A stretch of 64,000 bases of DNA from Azolla caroliniana (Eukaryota > Plantae > Polypodiophyta), in NCBI GenBank assembly GCA_043228905.1, contig JBHGNT010000016.1:7998001-8062000 (forward strand). The letters are read 5' to 3'. This document shows positions 41,429 through 54,800 of this stretch, piece after piece. The notes beneath the pieces are model-generated. The model saw only the letters and a list, made by a program, of their open reading frames with translations. It made no database searches and was not told the origin of the DNA. The position numbers and the translations under genes were made by a program. Numbering within the stretch: position 1 is the first letter of the stretch; the number at the start of each line of letters is the position of its first letter.

Positions 41429-42899
41429 ATTGCCCTACATATATGTTAAAAAACAATATAATTAATATTGTACTTAGAAATGTATTACGTTAAATGGAGA
41501 CATCAAATTTCCATTAACTTAAACACAAAAGTTAATGACACAAAGTAACAGAGAGATTAATTCATGAACATTATTTCTTTCCTTCTTTCTTGGTTTGGGC
41601 TATCTATCTATTTTGGGAAAGTTTCTTTGCATTGTCGCCATGTGCAAAATTAAATATTAAATATAATAAAAACCAGTTGTATATTTACAAACAATATAAA
41701 AATATCAATATATTTATAAATTAATATGGATAGATAATTTCCTATTTAATATATTATGAAATGCACATAAGGCACACATGCACACCACAATATAAATAAT
41801 ATATAATTTTAATAAAAAATGCACACTAATATATAATTTCTAATATTAAATCGATAATATTAAGTGATATAAATGACAGAATTATTATTTTTATTAATAT
41901 TGAATTAGGTTATGGTAATTTAGGAGTCCGTATATGCCTTGGTGTAACCTAGCTCTATTAGACAATTTTCAAGTTTGTTATTCCTTGGTGTAATAAGAAG
42001 GTTTTTTAATTTAGGAGTCTACCACTAATTGTGTGATATGTTCTATCATACTTACCACAATGTCAAATTTATCTTTGGGTGCAACATGTTTCTATTCGAC
42101 ATTGATAAGTGATAAGCCTTTGAGAAATATTTGGACCATCTCTTCTTCGTTGAGCCACAAAGTCAATCCAGGGAAGAGTGTCACGTAAAGTATTTATCTT
42201 TAGGATATAGATACTGATAGACATACTCTTCTATTGAATGTTGTACGTCCAGTCTATTTAGAGTTGAAGCTATTGGTTTGCATGTTGGTAGTGAACATAT
42301 TGAGTTTGATATTCATGTGTTTGCTAAAAGAACTCTACCAAATTTTAGTTTGTTGAGATAGATTTGATATTGGCTTCAATATAGCAACTCTACATAATTT
42401 TAGTTTGCGAATTAAATGGGTCTGATATTGTCTTCATTATAGATCCATATATATACTTTAATTTCACTATGCGACAAATTGTTTTGTAATCATTGATGGT
42501 GAAGACAATATATGTCTTGACCATCAATGATCACATCTTTTTCCAAACAAGCACAATCTATGTGTATTTCTCCATTACATTTTAACTAGATAAGGAGTAT
42601 GCTAAAAATGAGTATGTTCTTACCACATTATATGACTAACTTTATGCTCAAATGTTATTAATCATTTTCTGTGTTGAATATTGAGATAATAGAGCAATTG
42701 TGAAATAATACCACAATAGTTGAAATAAATGTGACTTGTTCAAAATTTTAGTTAGCCTTTGCCTACATTAAGAGATGGGAAATGAGGCTAGAACATGCCA
42801 AGTCTACACAATGGTATCAATGAATAGAAATTACAAATGATAGGAAAATCCTTGGATGAGTCAAGCTCATATTTGGTTTTCTTACTTAGCCTTTTTAAT

Positions 42900-43341
42900 T
42901 AACAAATTGGTAAATTTTGCTTCTATGTAGAGGTAGTTGCTCGACTTGGACATGAAAAAGTTGATGCTATTCGGGTACCACATGATCCTCAATTGCATGT
43001 CTTCATTGCTTCCTTCAGGTATATAATCAATTCTTCATCTGACATACAATGAGTACATGGGTGGAATCGGGGTGGTTATTGCATGTAGACTTCTTCCTTA
43101 ATCTTTCCACACCCATTTCATAGACATGCCACCCTTCATGATAACAAGTTTTTACATGATCTTCATCTTTGCCGTGGGAGAAAAATTCTCATCATAGTTG
43201 ACGATGTGGATTTGTGTACAACCCTTAGTGAAAAGTCTGGCTTTGTGACAATTGGGGGAAGTAGAGAGCTTACATCACTTCATCAATCATTTTCACTTAT
43301 GAGGGTCATTGCCTACTGTAAAGAATGAGAGACGTAGGTAG
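42900..43341 (-). mobile_element. Old Ty1/copia RT relic
   Basis: The minus strand at ~43155-43250 reads HKARLFTKGCTQIHIVNYDENFSPTAKMKIM, matching copia KARLVAKGFTQ..DYDETFSPVAK. Confidence 0.75.
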
Positions 43342-43601
43342 TGTTGTGCAACGGAAGCGAGCTCTGTGAGTGTGTGTGTGTGTGTACATAAGATGCACAG
43401 AGAGAGAGAGAGAGAGCTTAGAACAAGAAGCTATATTGATAAGAAGATAAAATACATCCAACAATAACTAAGTTACAAAAGGTTGTTTTAAATACCAACT
43501 AGTCTAGGGCAACTGCCCTTTTTACTATTTACAAAACTAGCCTAGTATGTCCATTGGCTAGTGTGAAAGTCATTTGAGGAAGTTGATTTTGATTCTCAAC
43601 A
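43342..43601 (-). repeat. 3' LTR of copia A (260 bp)
   Basis: On the minus strand, PPT-like GAAGGGGCG is followed by TGTTGAGAATC...GCACAACA (TGTTG/CAACA inverted termini). Confidence 0.75.
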
Positions 43602-46600
43602 CGCCCCTTCAAACACAACTTCTAAACGCCGAAAAGTTGGTTCGATTTGGTCTTCGAAAATACTTCGATTCGGTTGTTCGGTTGGATTCGGCTTTTGCTC
43701 TGCATCCGGATGGTCAATCATGACAATTTTGATTGCTTGATTACTTCGTGATCCTTGTTCTGCTTGATTGTCATCATCATACTTCGACTTCCCTGGTCGG
43801 TGATCGGCTGCTATTCGGTACTCCCCCTCAAGGTCGGAAATGTGTGTATCGTGAGATCAAGATCCAATGTAAATTGCCCGAGCTTGTCGATTCCTAAAGC
43901 CTTGGTGAAGATGTCGGCAACCTGAAGGTTTGTGCTAACATGATGTAGGTCGATATCTCCGTCTTGAACATGCTCTCAGATGTAGTGATATTGTACTTCG
44001 ATATGCTTAGTCTGTGCATGGAACACAAGGTTTTGAGCCAGGTAGATATAGTTGCTCATGTTGTCGCAGTATAGGAGAATCAGATCCTTGATGGCAACAC
44101 CCAGATCCTTCAATATGCACTTTAGCTAGAAGGCCTCGCATGTGGCGACAACCGCGCCCCTATATTCAGCCTTTGTGCTCGACAGTGCCACGATCGGCTA
44201 CGTTTTGATGCTCTAGGAGATCGCTCCGCTACCGAGGGAGAATATGAATCCTGAAGTTGATCGTCAATTGGCCTTATAGCCGGCCCAACCTGCATCTGTG
44301 TACCCTTCAAGCCGAATGATTGTATCTGACTTATATATAATGCCAAAATCCAATGTCCCACGAATGTACTTGAGTACCCACTTAGAACAATCGAGATGGA
44401 TGTCCCGAGGTTTTTGCATAAATTGGCTAAGTAGGCTGACCGAATAGCTGAAGTCGGGTCTTGTGATGGTTAGATAGATCAAGCTACCGATTAGTTGACG
44501 GTACCGAGTTGGCTCACAATCTTCTGTCCCCAAATCGGCGTCGAGCTTGAGATTTCGATCGAGTAGGGTAGACACAGGTTTGCACTTGGTCATTCCGAAC
44601 TTGTAGAGTAAGTTAAGAATGTAGTGCCGTTGAGATATCAACATCCCGACTAGTGTTCGAATTACTTCGATATCGAGAAACTAATGGAGCTCGTTCATGT
44701 CTTTCATTTTGAATCTGCTGGATACGAGTGTTTTGACCTTCTTAATGTTGGCGAGATCCTTTCCTTCGATGATTAGATTATCTACGTACATGATGATGAC
44801 AATCCGGTTGTCTGACTTGTTTCGAATGTATAGGGTGTTGTCCGATTTCGACATTTGGAAGTTGATTGGTGAAGATATTGGGTGATCTTCAAATGCCAAG
44901 CATGTGGTGCTTGCTTGAGTCCATATAATGGCTTCTTGAGTCGGCAAGCTGAAGTTGGGTGTTTGCTCGATTCGAAACTAGGTGGTTGAATCATGTAGAC
45001 CTGGACTCTTCTAATTCGCCTTGGAGAAAGGCGTTCTTCATGTCCATTTGGTGGAGGTGCCACCCTTTTGCAACTACAAGAGCATTGACTGTCCGAACAA
45101 TCGTCATCTTTGCCACTAGGGCAAAGGTCTCCTCATAATCGACTCTATGTGTTTGAGCATACCCCTTAGCAACGAGTCGTGCCTTGTAGAGATTTACCGA
45201 ACCGTCAACATTATATTTTACCTTATATATCCACCGACAGCTGATTGCTTTCTTGTGTGGAGAGTGAGGGACGAGATCCCATGTCTCATTTTTGCAAAGA
45301 ACCTGCATTTCTTCGTTCATGGCTTCGATGCATTGTGGATCCTTGGTTGCCTCGTAAAAGGTTTTCGGTTCTTGAATAGTGTTGCCACCATCATGAATGC
45401 ATAGTGATACACCATATACTCATTGTAGACGAATCGGCTGACCGGGTTCTTCTCTCGGGTGGAGTGATAGAGCTTTTCATTTGTAGTGGCTATGGCCTTC
45501 TTGGCGCCATTTGTCTAGATGATTGGAAGATCAAGGCCTTTGAACTCACTATCAAGGGAGTGAGTCGACTCATTGTCGATCAGAACTTCGTATTCCTACA
45601 TTTTGGCCTTCCCTTTATTTGGCTTCGGACTCTACCGAGATATGCTTTGATCGCTCGGTGGCTCCTAAGGTCCACTCCGTTTGGTCTTAATCGGACTTTC
45701 TTCGAACATGCGCCTAAGTCGATCTTCATCTTCTATCTCTCGTTCGGCTGATTCCGGGTCGACTGGGGTCGGAATGGAGATCGTCACTGGTTCGTACCAG
45801 GATGTTGATTCGTCGAAAATGACGTCCCGACTCACTCCAACTTTTCGTGTGGATGGGTTGTAACAGTTGTACCCCTTTTGTTCAAGTGAGTACCCTACGA
45901 GGATAAATTTTTCCGACTTCGGTTCGAGTTTTTATCGCTTCTCATCGGGAATATGCATGTAGGTGATCGAACCGAATATCCGGATATGTGATAGATCAGT
46001 TTTTTTTTCGAAAAACTTCTCATGAGGGGTTATGTCATGTACCCCAGAGGTTGTACACCTATTCATGAGGTAGATGGTTGTGTTAGCCGCTTTTGCCCAA
46101 TACGATTTTGGCAGGTTCTTCTCATTCATCATGGCCCTTGACACCTCTACTATGTGCTGATTCTTGTGTTTGGCTACTCTGTTTTGTTGAGGTGTCTGTT
46201 GGCATGAGAATTCTTGTCAAATTTCTTCCTTTCGGAGGTAAGTTGTAAATTCATTTGAGAAATACTCTTTGCCTCCATTGTTAGAAGGCATTGGACATGC
46301 CGACTTGTGGCTTTTTCGACGTCGTTCTTAAACCTTTGGAAGTGTTCGAACACTTCACTCTTTTGCCTCATAGGATAGATTCAGGTATGCCTTGAGATGT
46401 CGTTGATGAATGTGACGTAATATCCGCAACCACCAAATGTTGCCATTTGGGATGGTTCCCACACATCTGAATGTACTATATCCAGGATCCCTTTGCTCAC
46501 ATTCCTCTCTTTTGAGAAGGGTTGTCGGTGTTGTTTTCCGAATTGGCATGCCCTGCATAAGCCTGTAATCTCCTTCTCAGTAAAGGTCGGGAGTTTGATG

Positions 46601-46760
46601 ATGACTCCTTTTGACTGCATGTTCTAGAGCTTCTCGAGATTGATATGACCGATTCTCTTGTGCCACGGTTTTAAGTCGGTTTCGACTTTGAGGCCTTTCA
46701 CAAACATAACCGATTTCACCTCGTTCGACGCAAAGATGAACATTCCGCCTTCTCGACGAT
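43342..46760 (-). mobile_element. Ty1/copia element A (3' part: GAG-pre-integrase, IN, RT, RNase H, 3' LTR), decayed, interrupted at 46761 by element B
   Basis: WHKRIGHIN, IVHSDVW, YKARLVAKGYAQ, LKKPLYGLKQAP, MYVDN, YRQLIGSLIYLTITRPD and EGYTDAGWAG in IN-RT-RH order, with many frameshifts. Confidence 0.93.
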
Positions 46761-48296
46761 TGTTGTCGTGGTGTGGCGTGTGCAGTGTGAGAAAAGTCGA
46801 GGTTCCACGCACATCTTGTGAAATAATGTATAAATAAATAATAAGTAACTTGTGAAGAGAAATGCACGGAATATTGCTCGGATGCAACCGAGTAATAAGT
46901 CACTTCTCAAAGAATCAAACACAGAAATGGGAAGTGGGAAGTACACAAGAAAAATGACATGGGAGCCCACGCTAGATGTGCTTTGTTCTGGAATGGTATG
47001 CCGCGTTCTTTGCAAGGTGGATGGCACTTTGATTGTCGCAGTAGAGCCAATATTCCTCTTGCCGGATCCCTAGTTCTTCGATGAAGTCCTTCATCCATAA
47101 TATTTCCTTGCCGGCTTCCACGGCTGCCATGTACTCCGCCTCCGTGGTTGACAACGCAACCGTCTTCTGCAGCCTCGACTGCCATGAAATGGCTCCCCCT
47201 ACATAGGTCATGACATATTTGGAAGTTGATCGACTGGTGTCCACATCAGCCAACATATCCGAATCGGTAAAGCCTTCCATGAGGGGTTTACCAGAGCCGA
47301 ATTGGAGCCACATACTCGAAGTGCCCTTCAAGTACCGGAGTATCCATTTTATCGCATTCCAATGCTCTTTTCCGGGGTTGGTCATGAACTGACTCACCAC
47401 TCCAATCACGTATCCAATATCTGGTCAAGTACACACCATTGCGTACATCAAGCTCCCGACCGTAGAGGCATATGGAATCCTCATCATATCCGCCTTCTCT
47501 GCCTTTGTCTTCGGGCTTTGCAGCCGGACCCAAGTCTTTCATTGAGAAGGTTCGGTTAAGGGCCTTCTTCAGCATCCGTATCTTGACTTGGTCTCGTCCG
47601 ACGATCAACATGTCGTCCACGTACAGGAGCAATATCAGGAAATCTCCTCCATCAAGTTTCTTCACAAACACGCAGTGATCGGCATGCGTCTGGTGGTAAC
47701 CTTGATCGGTCATGAAGGAGTGAAACTTCCGGTACCATTGCCGGGGAGCTTGCTTCAGTCCGTATAAGCTCTTCTTGAGTCGGCACACCAAGTGCTCCTT
47801 CCCTTTCTTCTCAAATCCTTCCGGTTGATGCATGTAGATCTCTTCTTCGAGGTCTCCGTGTAGGAATGCCGTCTTGACATCTATTTGCTCTACCTCGGGG
47901 TCCATGCTTGCCGCTATGCCCAATACCATCCGGATGGATGTCATCTTTACTACTGAGGCAAGGATCTCATCGAAGTCCACTCCTTTCTTCTGTCGGAAAC
48001 CCTTCACCACGATTCGGGCCTTATACCTTGGTGGATTTCCGGTGTCTCCCGGTTTCAGTTTGTACACCCACTTGTTCCGGAGTGCCCTCTTTCCTTTCGG
48101 CAACTCCACCAATTCGTATGTGTGGTTCACATGCAGGGAATCCATCTCATCCTGCATGGCACTCAACCACTTGCGGCTGTGGGTGTCTGTCCTTGCTTCT
48201 TCAAAGCTTTCCGGCTCCCCCTCATCGGTTAGCAACACATGCTCTCCATCCGAAAATCTTCGGGGGGCTCTTCTCTTCCGTAGAGGATATCTCCGT
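46761..48296 (-). mobile_element. Ty1/copia element B (Tnt1/Tork-like), RT-RNase H plus partial 3' LTR
   Basis: LLTDEGEPESFEEA, RYKARIVVKGFRQKKGVDF, LLLYVDDMLIVG, VALSTTEAEYMAA, YHSRTKHI. It ends ...ACGACAACA at 46761, where element A sequence resumes. Internal deletions follow DLGPA and SRTKHI. Confidence 0.92.
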
Positions 48297-48715
48297 TGTT
48301 ATTCTCTAGCCGGACAAGGCCTAACACAAGGTGTCACGAAGACACTTCACCAAAGGGTGATTACGGCATAGGATTAAGATTCAACGATTACACCGACTTA
48401 CATAGGTTATACGATTAGAATGCTTTGGTGAATTACACGCGTAAGATATAACAGTAATTACAGAACGGAAATCAAGACAGAAGTATAAACAACATAAGCT
48501 CTATTAATTATCCGCTGTCATTACAATGGGGTCCAGGCCTTTAAATAGGTTTCCGGTCCGTAGTACAAAACGGTGCCTCTCGCACCTATTCGGGATCCGT
48601 CCGGAACTGGAACGGCATACCGTTTCCAGTCCGTCCGTCCATACTATGCTCATTTACAACTATATTTAATTAATTCCTTCACTCCGTATTTTGGACTCCT
48701 TGCCGGCCGGTAACA
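48297..48715 (-). repeat. 3' LTR-like block of element C (419 bp)
   Basis: The minus strand runs TGTTACCGGCC...CCTATTTAAAGG (TATA-like)...GAGAATAACA and starts ~50 bp after the extra-ORF stop. No canonical polypurine tract is adjacent. Confidence 0.65.
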
Positions 48716-48767
48716 CATGGCACGCCCGTGGGACAGTACCTTGTACGTCGAACCCTTCTCGATCCCT

Positions 48768-51440
48768 TCATTGTTCACCCAAATTGTCCAAAATACTTTG
48801 TTCAAGAATTTCCACTTGTTCTTCCGGTTGTGGTTGCTGCGGCTGTGCTTGTTGCTGCTGTTGTGGTTGTGGTTGGGACTGAGGCTGCTCCGGCTGCTCT
48901 GCTTGCTGCTGCTGCTCCGTTTGTTTCTCTGGCTCCGGCATCTCCGTTTGACTGCTTCTGGTCCGGTCTCCTTCCAGTAACGGTTCCTCATCACTGAGGT
49001 TGACCGTAACTGGTTCTCGTTCTTTCTCTCCCCGGATCCGGGACCTCTCGTAGCTTTCAAACTGGATCTGCGCCTCCAGCCTGTCGTCGTCCAGCTGAGC
49101 TACAAGTTGCCGGACTTGCTCTAGTTGGTCCTCTGCCAAGGCTTGAAAGTCTTCGGCCAGCTCATCTCTTATGCCGGTGAAATCTTCAGAATTCAGCATA
49201 TAGCAATCATCTCCCTCCTTCCGCCGGTTCTCTACGTCGGCCCGGAGCAATTGGAGTTCCGCCGCGTTCGTGGCCCACTTGGTCCACCATTTGACGGAAC
49301 CGTTGTCAATCAAGCTCTTGGTCTGGTTCAACCAGGCCCGCATGATATCCTGGATGCGACTTGCTCCCATTTGTGCTCTGCTTTCCACCACTTGTCGCTC
49401 CTCCTTCAACTGCTTGATGAGATTTGCCGTATCCTCCGCCTGCTCTCTGTAGCGCGTCAGCTGCCCTTGATATGTCGTTTGCAGCCTCTGCAGTACCTCC
49501 GCCGCTCTTTCTTTTTCCGCCTGCTGTTGCCTGAGGAGCTCTGTCCGAACCTTCTCCGCCTCTTCCAACCGTCTTCTGTTTTCTGCTTGTTCCTTGGCGA
49601 ATGCGGTTGCGGTCCGATCAACTGCTTGCCGGAGCTCATTCGTCCGTTCCTTGTGCTCCGTTTGCAACCGTTTATACTCCCGGTGCAATTGCTCAAATTC
49701 CTCCGTTTTTTGTTTGAGCTTGCCGTTGATCTGGCGATGGTTCCGGTCCTCCCGGTCCTTTACCTGCCGGAGTTCCTCTTTGAGGCGCTCTACTTCTGTT
49801 TCGGCGTTCCTCCGGAGCCTGTCCTTCTCTTGCAGCATTTTCTCCTTCTCCTCCTTGAGCCGGTCGTACGCTTGGTGGCCTTTCCGTAAGCTCTCCTCGG
49901 CCCGGCGTAGATTCTCAGCAGTCTTTTTGAGTTCTGCCTCCGCTGCCGTCTTCAATTCTCTTTCGCGGCTCCTCAGCGCTTCTTGGGCAGCTAGCTCATC
50001 CTTTAAATCCGCAAGCTCTTGGGCTTGTGCCGCATTTTTCTCCGGAACGGTTTCCGTTGCCGGGGTCTGATTGCTATGTACAGGTTGATCTGCCGCTTTA
50101 TTCTGTACATTGCCCGGAGTCACCGGTGCTTGGACTTGTGTTGTCAAAGCCACTTGAGCCATTTCCCTTGTGACCCTGTCCAAGTCTTGTTCAAGGCTCC
50201 GGATTCTGGACCGGGCCGTCTCTAGATCTACGGTTGTGACGAGCAACCGTTCCTGGTGCGCTCTCTCTTCCGCCTCTATATACTCGACCACTCCGGCGAT
50301 TTGCTCGCCTACCCACCGTAGCCACATGCTACTGGTGCCTTGTTGCTGTACTGGTAGGGTCAGCTCATTCACTGTTGAATTGTCTGGCCTGAGTGCCTGC
50401 ATATGCCGTTCTGGTTCTACTCCTTGGCCGTCGTGTGTTCTGGCTGGGCTCGCCGGCTGTTGAGTTCCGGTTCTCGCCGTCTCCGGAGCCGTTGGAATGA
50501 CTTCTTCTATAGAAGTCGACAAGACCGGTTCCCTACGCACCGGTTCCGGTTCCTCCCTTGTGGTTTGCTCAGGTTGAGTTGGGGGCGTTTCTGCCTCTCG
50601 CGGGTACGACCGCTCCCCTCCTGTCTCGACGGTCCTACTTCTTGACCGTCGTTGGAGGTGCTCTTCTGGCTCCTCCGTTTCCTCTTCCTGTGTCACGGCA
50701 TGTTTCTGTGCCGTCAAGGGTTCCGGTTCCTTCTGTCCCGGTCTCCGTATGGTTATCTTGACGGGTCGGACCGGTGACACCTCCTCCGGTTCTGGGACCC
50801 GTTTCTTCCCTTTCGTCGCCTTCGACGCCAGCAGCTGCTGTCGTTTGGACGCCGGCTTCGAGGTGCTTCCTTCCGATACTCTTGGCCGCTTCTTTGGCTG
50901 GACGGTCTCGACCGGTGGCACGAGCAATGTTATCCATTGAGCTACGGCGTGCCACAGCTTCCGGCCCTCCTTGCCGTCCTTTCCTCATACCATGTCGATT
51001 GCCGTGCACAAACCGTCTGCAATCAACACCGGCCAGTCCACCTTGATCCCTTCATAGGTGGCTATGATCATCCCTGCCCGATTTTTTGGCATGACAGGGG
51101 GTCGGGGGTACACGTGACCGTACTCATGGAGCACTCGAGCTATCTCCCTGAATAGCGGATCTTCGCCGCCCTGCGTCCGATAGCCTTTGCCGGCAACAGA
51201 GTACTCACCGAAATATCGGATGAGTTGCTCCGAGGTTGGGTTATCGATCTGAAAGATTCCTCCCTCCGGAAGGCCTGTTAGCGCGCGGATCGCTTCCTCG
51301 GTGATGACCTCTGTGGCGAGCTCCTTGATGACCCGGTCGGCTTCTCTGTGCGGCGGTGCCTCCATGATGGCCAAGAACCCCTCCAGTCCGTGTTGCCTGA
51401 ACCATTTCCTGGCCGCTTCCGACAGCGTTTGTGGTTCCAT
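48768..51440 (-). pseudogene. Extra ORF of element C (~890 codons): N-terminal plant-transposon-protein-like domain, basic/acidic disordered linker, long coiled coil; one in-frame TGA at 50985-50987
   Basis: Track ORFs 50985-51740 and 48768-50927 are in the same frame, separated only by one TGA (AIDMV*GKDGKEGRKLWHAVAQWITLLVPP). Likely start MEPQTLSEAARKW at 51440. Long E/K/R/Q-rich heptad-like stretch. Confidence 0.8.
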
Positions 51441-51822
51441 GTCTGCTTCAAGGTCGAGGGAAGATGGCGAAGTAGAGTGGTGATGAGAGTGAGAGCGAGA
51501 GAGAGAGCGTTCTGAGCGCGGGGGTTCTCTGCGTGCAGGTTCGCGTTTGCTCAGCTTCCACTGCCTTGGTGCTTCTGTGCTTCTTGGCTCGCGAAAAAAG
51601 AAGGTCTCCATGCGCTCTTCTTTTTCTCTGTGCGTCTTGGCGCCTTTTTTCGAGCATGCGCACGTCGTGTACCGATTTAGTATTAAGTACGTGGCGGCTC
51701 TTAAATGCCCACTACGTACCTTTTCGCGCCTTGCTTTCACGTCCGTTCATACCTCGATTTTTAATGATTTTTTATTTATTTTTATTTATTTTTATTTTTA
51801 TTTTTAATGACGGTGTGTGACC

Positions 51823-54800
51823 TTACACATCCGTAGGTCCCCTCGGACCCTTACCGTTTTCCTTACGGGTTGCCGTGTCTTCCTTCGCCTCTGCTACTGG
51901 TTCCCCGTCGTCTTTTTCTTCCGGACCGATCCGTACCGATCCCGAACAGGTTCCCGGTGTAGTGCCGGTGAGCTGCATAAACGGGTTCTTTGGCATCGGT
52001 CCTTTATAGGGCTTTAGTCGAAATCCGTTCACCCACTTGCCTAGTACTTCACCGGCAAGTGTCCCTATCTGATAGGGCCCGTTGTATTCCCGTGTCAGCC
52101 AATACAGGCCTGTCCATCTGAACCGGAGTTTACCCGGCATCTTGCCCATCCTCGTTTGGAATACTAGCACCGGCTTTCCGATTTCGAACATCTTCTCGTT
52201 ACCTTTCCGGTGACAGTCAACGAACGCTTTCCGTCGTCGTTGCTCCAGTTCCATGTGTAGGATGCTGGCCAGCCGTTGCTCCTCCAGTTCGCATAGTGCT
52301 GCTAGCCGCATTTCCTCCGACTTCTTTTCATTCAGTCGTTCCCGTAGTTGGATCCGTAAGCTTGGTACCTGAAATTCCACCGGCATGACCGCTTCTAAGC
52401 CGAATGCTAACCGGAACGGCGTTGTCCGGATACTTGTTTTGTATGCCGTTCTGTACGCCCATAGCGCGCTATGGAGCTTTGTGTCCCAGTCCGTCCGGTT
52501 TTCATTGACAATTTTGCGGAGAATGTTCTGCAGCGTTTTGTTGGTGGACTCTGCTAACCCGTTCGCTTGTGGGTAGTACGGTGTGCTCCGTTTATGAACC
52601 ACGGCATAGAACGTTGTTAAGCTTTCCACTACCTGGCCGAGGAAGTGCCCTCCTTGGTCGCTGATTAATTCAATCGGACATCCATATCGGCACCAAATGT
52701 TTTCGTACAGGAATTTTGCTGTGGATGACGCGGTATTGTCTCTCAAGGCCTTAGCCTCCACCCATTTAGTGCAATAATCCGTTGCCACGATGACATAACG
52801 ATTACCTGTTCTCATTGCCGGTGGCTTGAACGGTCCGACAAAATCCAACCCCCACTTCTGGAATGGCTCTAGTGGAAGTACCGGTTGGTGTGGCATCCGT
52901 GCTTGCTCCGTAGGCTGGCCCATTCGTTGGCATAGGTCACATTCCTTAGCATACTTGACTGCGTCTTTTAAAGTCGTGGGCCACCATAAGCCGCTCTGCC
53001 ATACTTTCCTTGCCGTTGCTTCCCCGGCATAGTGTCCTCCGGCAACCCCACAGTGTGCTTCCCGTAAGATTACTTCTTTCTCGTCACTACGGACTGCCCG
53101 TCTCCATATTCCATCTGCTCCTTTGTGGTAGAGAGTGTCCCGTAACAGACAGAAATTGCGGCTCTGCACCGCCAGTCGTTTCCTCTCGTCCCGGTTCATT
53201 TCCTCCGGTGGCAGGCCCGTGCTTAGGAACTGGTGCATGTTTATCAGCCACCTATCTTCTGATGCCACCGTGTCGTCCGCTGCCGTTTCCGGGGTGATAC
53301 GGAATAACTCTGCGTCCGGGAATTCATCCGATACTCCGTCGCCTGCTTCTCCGGACTCTAACCGGCTCAGGTAGTCTGCTACGGCATGCTGGATACCGGG
53401 CCGGTGGAAAATCTCGAATTCGAACTCCTGCAACAGCAAGGTCCAACGGGCCAACTTACCGGTCAGGGACGCCTTGGACACTAAGTACAGGAGCGCCGAG
53501 TGATCCACATGAAAGGAGAACTTCCTTCCCAATAGGTAATGCTGAAACTTTGTGACACTGTAGATCATGCCCAGGGCCTCCCGTTCCGTCGTCGAATAGT
53601 TCTTCTCCGCTTGGGACAGCTTCCGGCTGGCGTAATAGACCGGCCGGTACCATTTAGGCTCCGTAAGTTGCATTAAGGCGCTGCCGATAGCGATGTCGGA
53701 CGGTCAACGAACACGTGAAATTCCTTGCTCCAATCCGGAGGCTGCACGACGGGTGCTTGCGACAAAAGTACCTTCAGGGCATTGTATGCCTTATCCTCCG
53801 TATCCGTCCATTGGAACGGTGTCCGATGTACCGCGGTGTGCAATGGTGTAGCCAAGTCAGCCAAGTGACGGAGCATCCGGCTGTGCCACCGGATCTGTCC
53901 TAAGAATCGGCTTAGTGCTTTGGCTGTTTTCGGCGCCGGTGCCCCTAGTATCGCGTTTACTTTGTCCGGGTCGACCGCAATGCCCTCCTTGCTTACAATG
54001 TGTCCCAGCAATATTCCACTTGAAACTCCAAAGATGCATTTTGCTGGGTTTAAGCTTAGCCGGTATAACCTACACTTTTCAAGGCATAACCGTAGGTGCT
54101 GCAAATGGTCTTTTCCCCGGCTATAGACTGCAAAATCATCCCGGAAAACCTGCATGAAGGCCGGAATGTATTCGCCGAAGATCTCCATGATGATTCGCTG
54201 GAAAGTTGCTGGTGCCGTTTTTAGGCCGAACATCATGACTTCGGCCACAAACACCCCCCATTCTGTGACGAACGCTGTCTTCTCCTGGTCGTCGGGGTGC
54301 ATCCGGATTTGATTGTATCCGCTGAAGCCGTCTAAAAAGCTATAAACTTCATGGCCGACGACGGCATCCAGTACTCCATCCGTGAACGGAAGAGGGAATG
54401 CATCCGTAATTGTGGCGGCATTTAGTTTCCTGTAATCTACACACACACGGATTTTACCGTTCTTCTTTGGGACGACGACAATGGGGCTCAGCCACGTCGC
54501 TTTCTTTACCGGCCGGATGAAGCCCACTCTTAGGAGTTTGTCGATTTCCTCCTTCACTTTGGCGGCGTAGTTAGGGTTCATTCGGTATCGTCTTTGCGCC
54601 ACTGGTTTCGCGTCCTTGCCTAAGTGGATCTGATGCTGATATAATTGAGGGTCCAGCCCTCGCATGTCTTCGTATGACCAGGCGAATACGTCGCGAAACT
54701 CCGTGAGAAGTTTGATCATCGCCGCTTTATCCTCCGGCTTCATTTCTTTGGCGATGTGTACCGGCTTTGATTCGTCCTTGCTTCCTAGGTTCACTTCGTC

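Noticed and set aside
53673-53705. Programmed frameshift or TAATG stop-start between the two pol ORFs of element C
   Set aside because: The break falls inside the RNase H motif VDASDIAIG and is explained by a 1-nt deletion.
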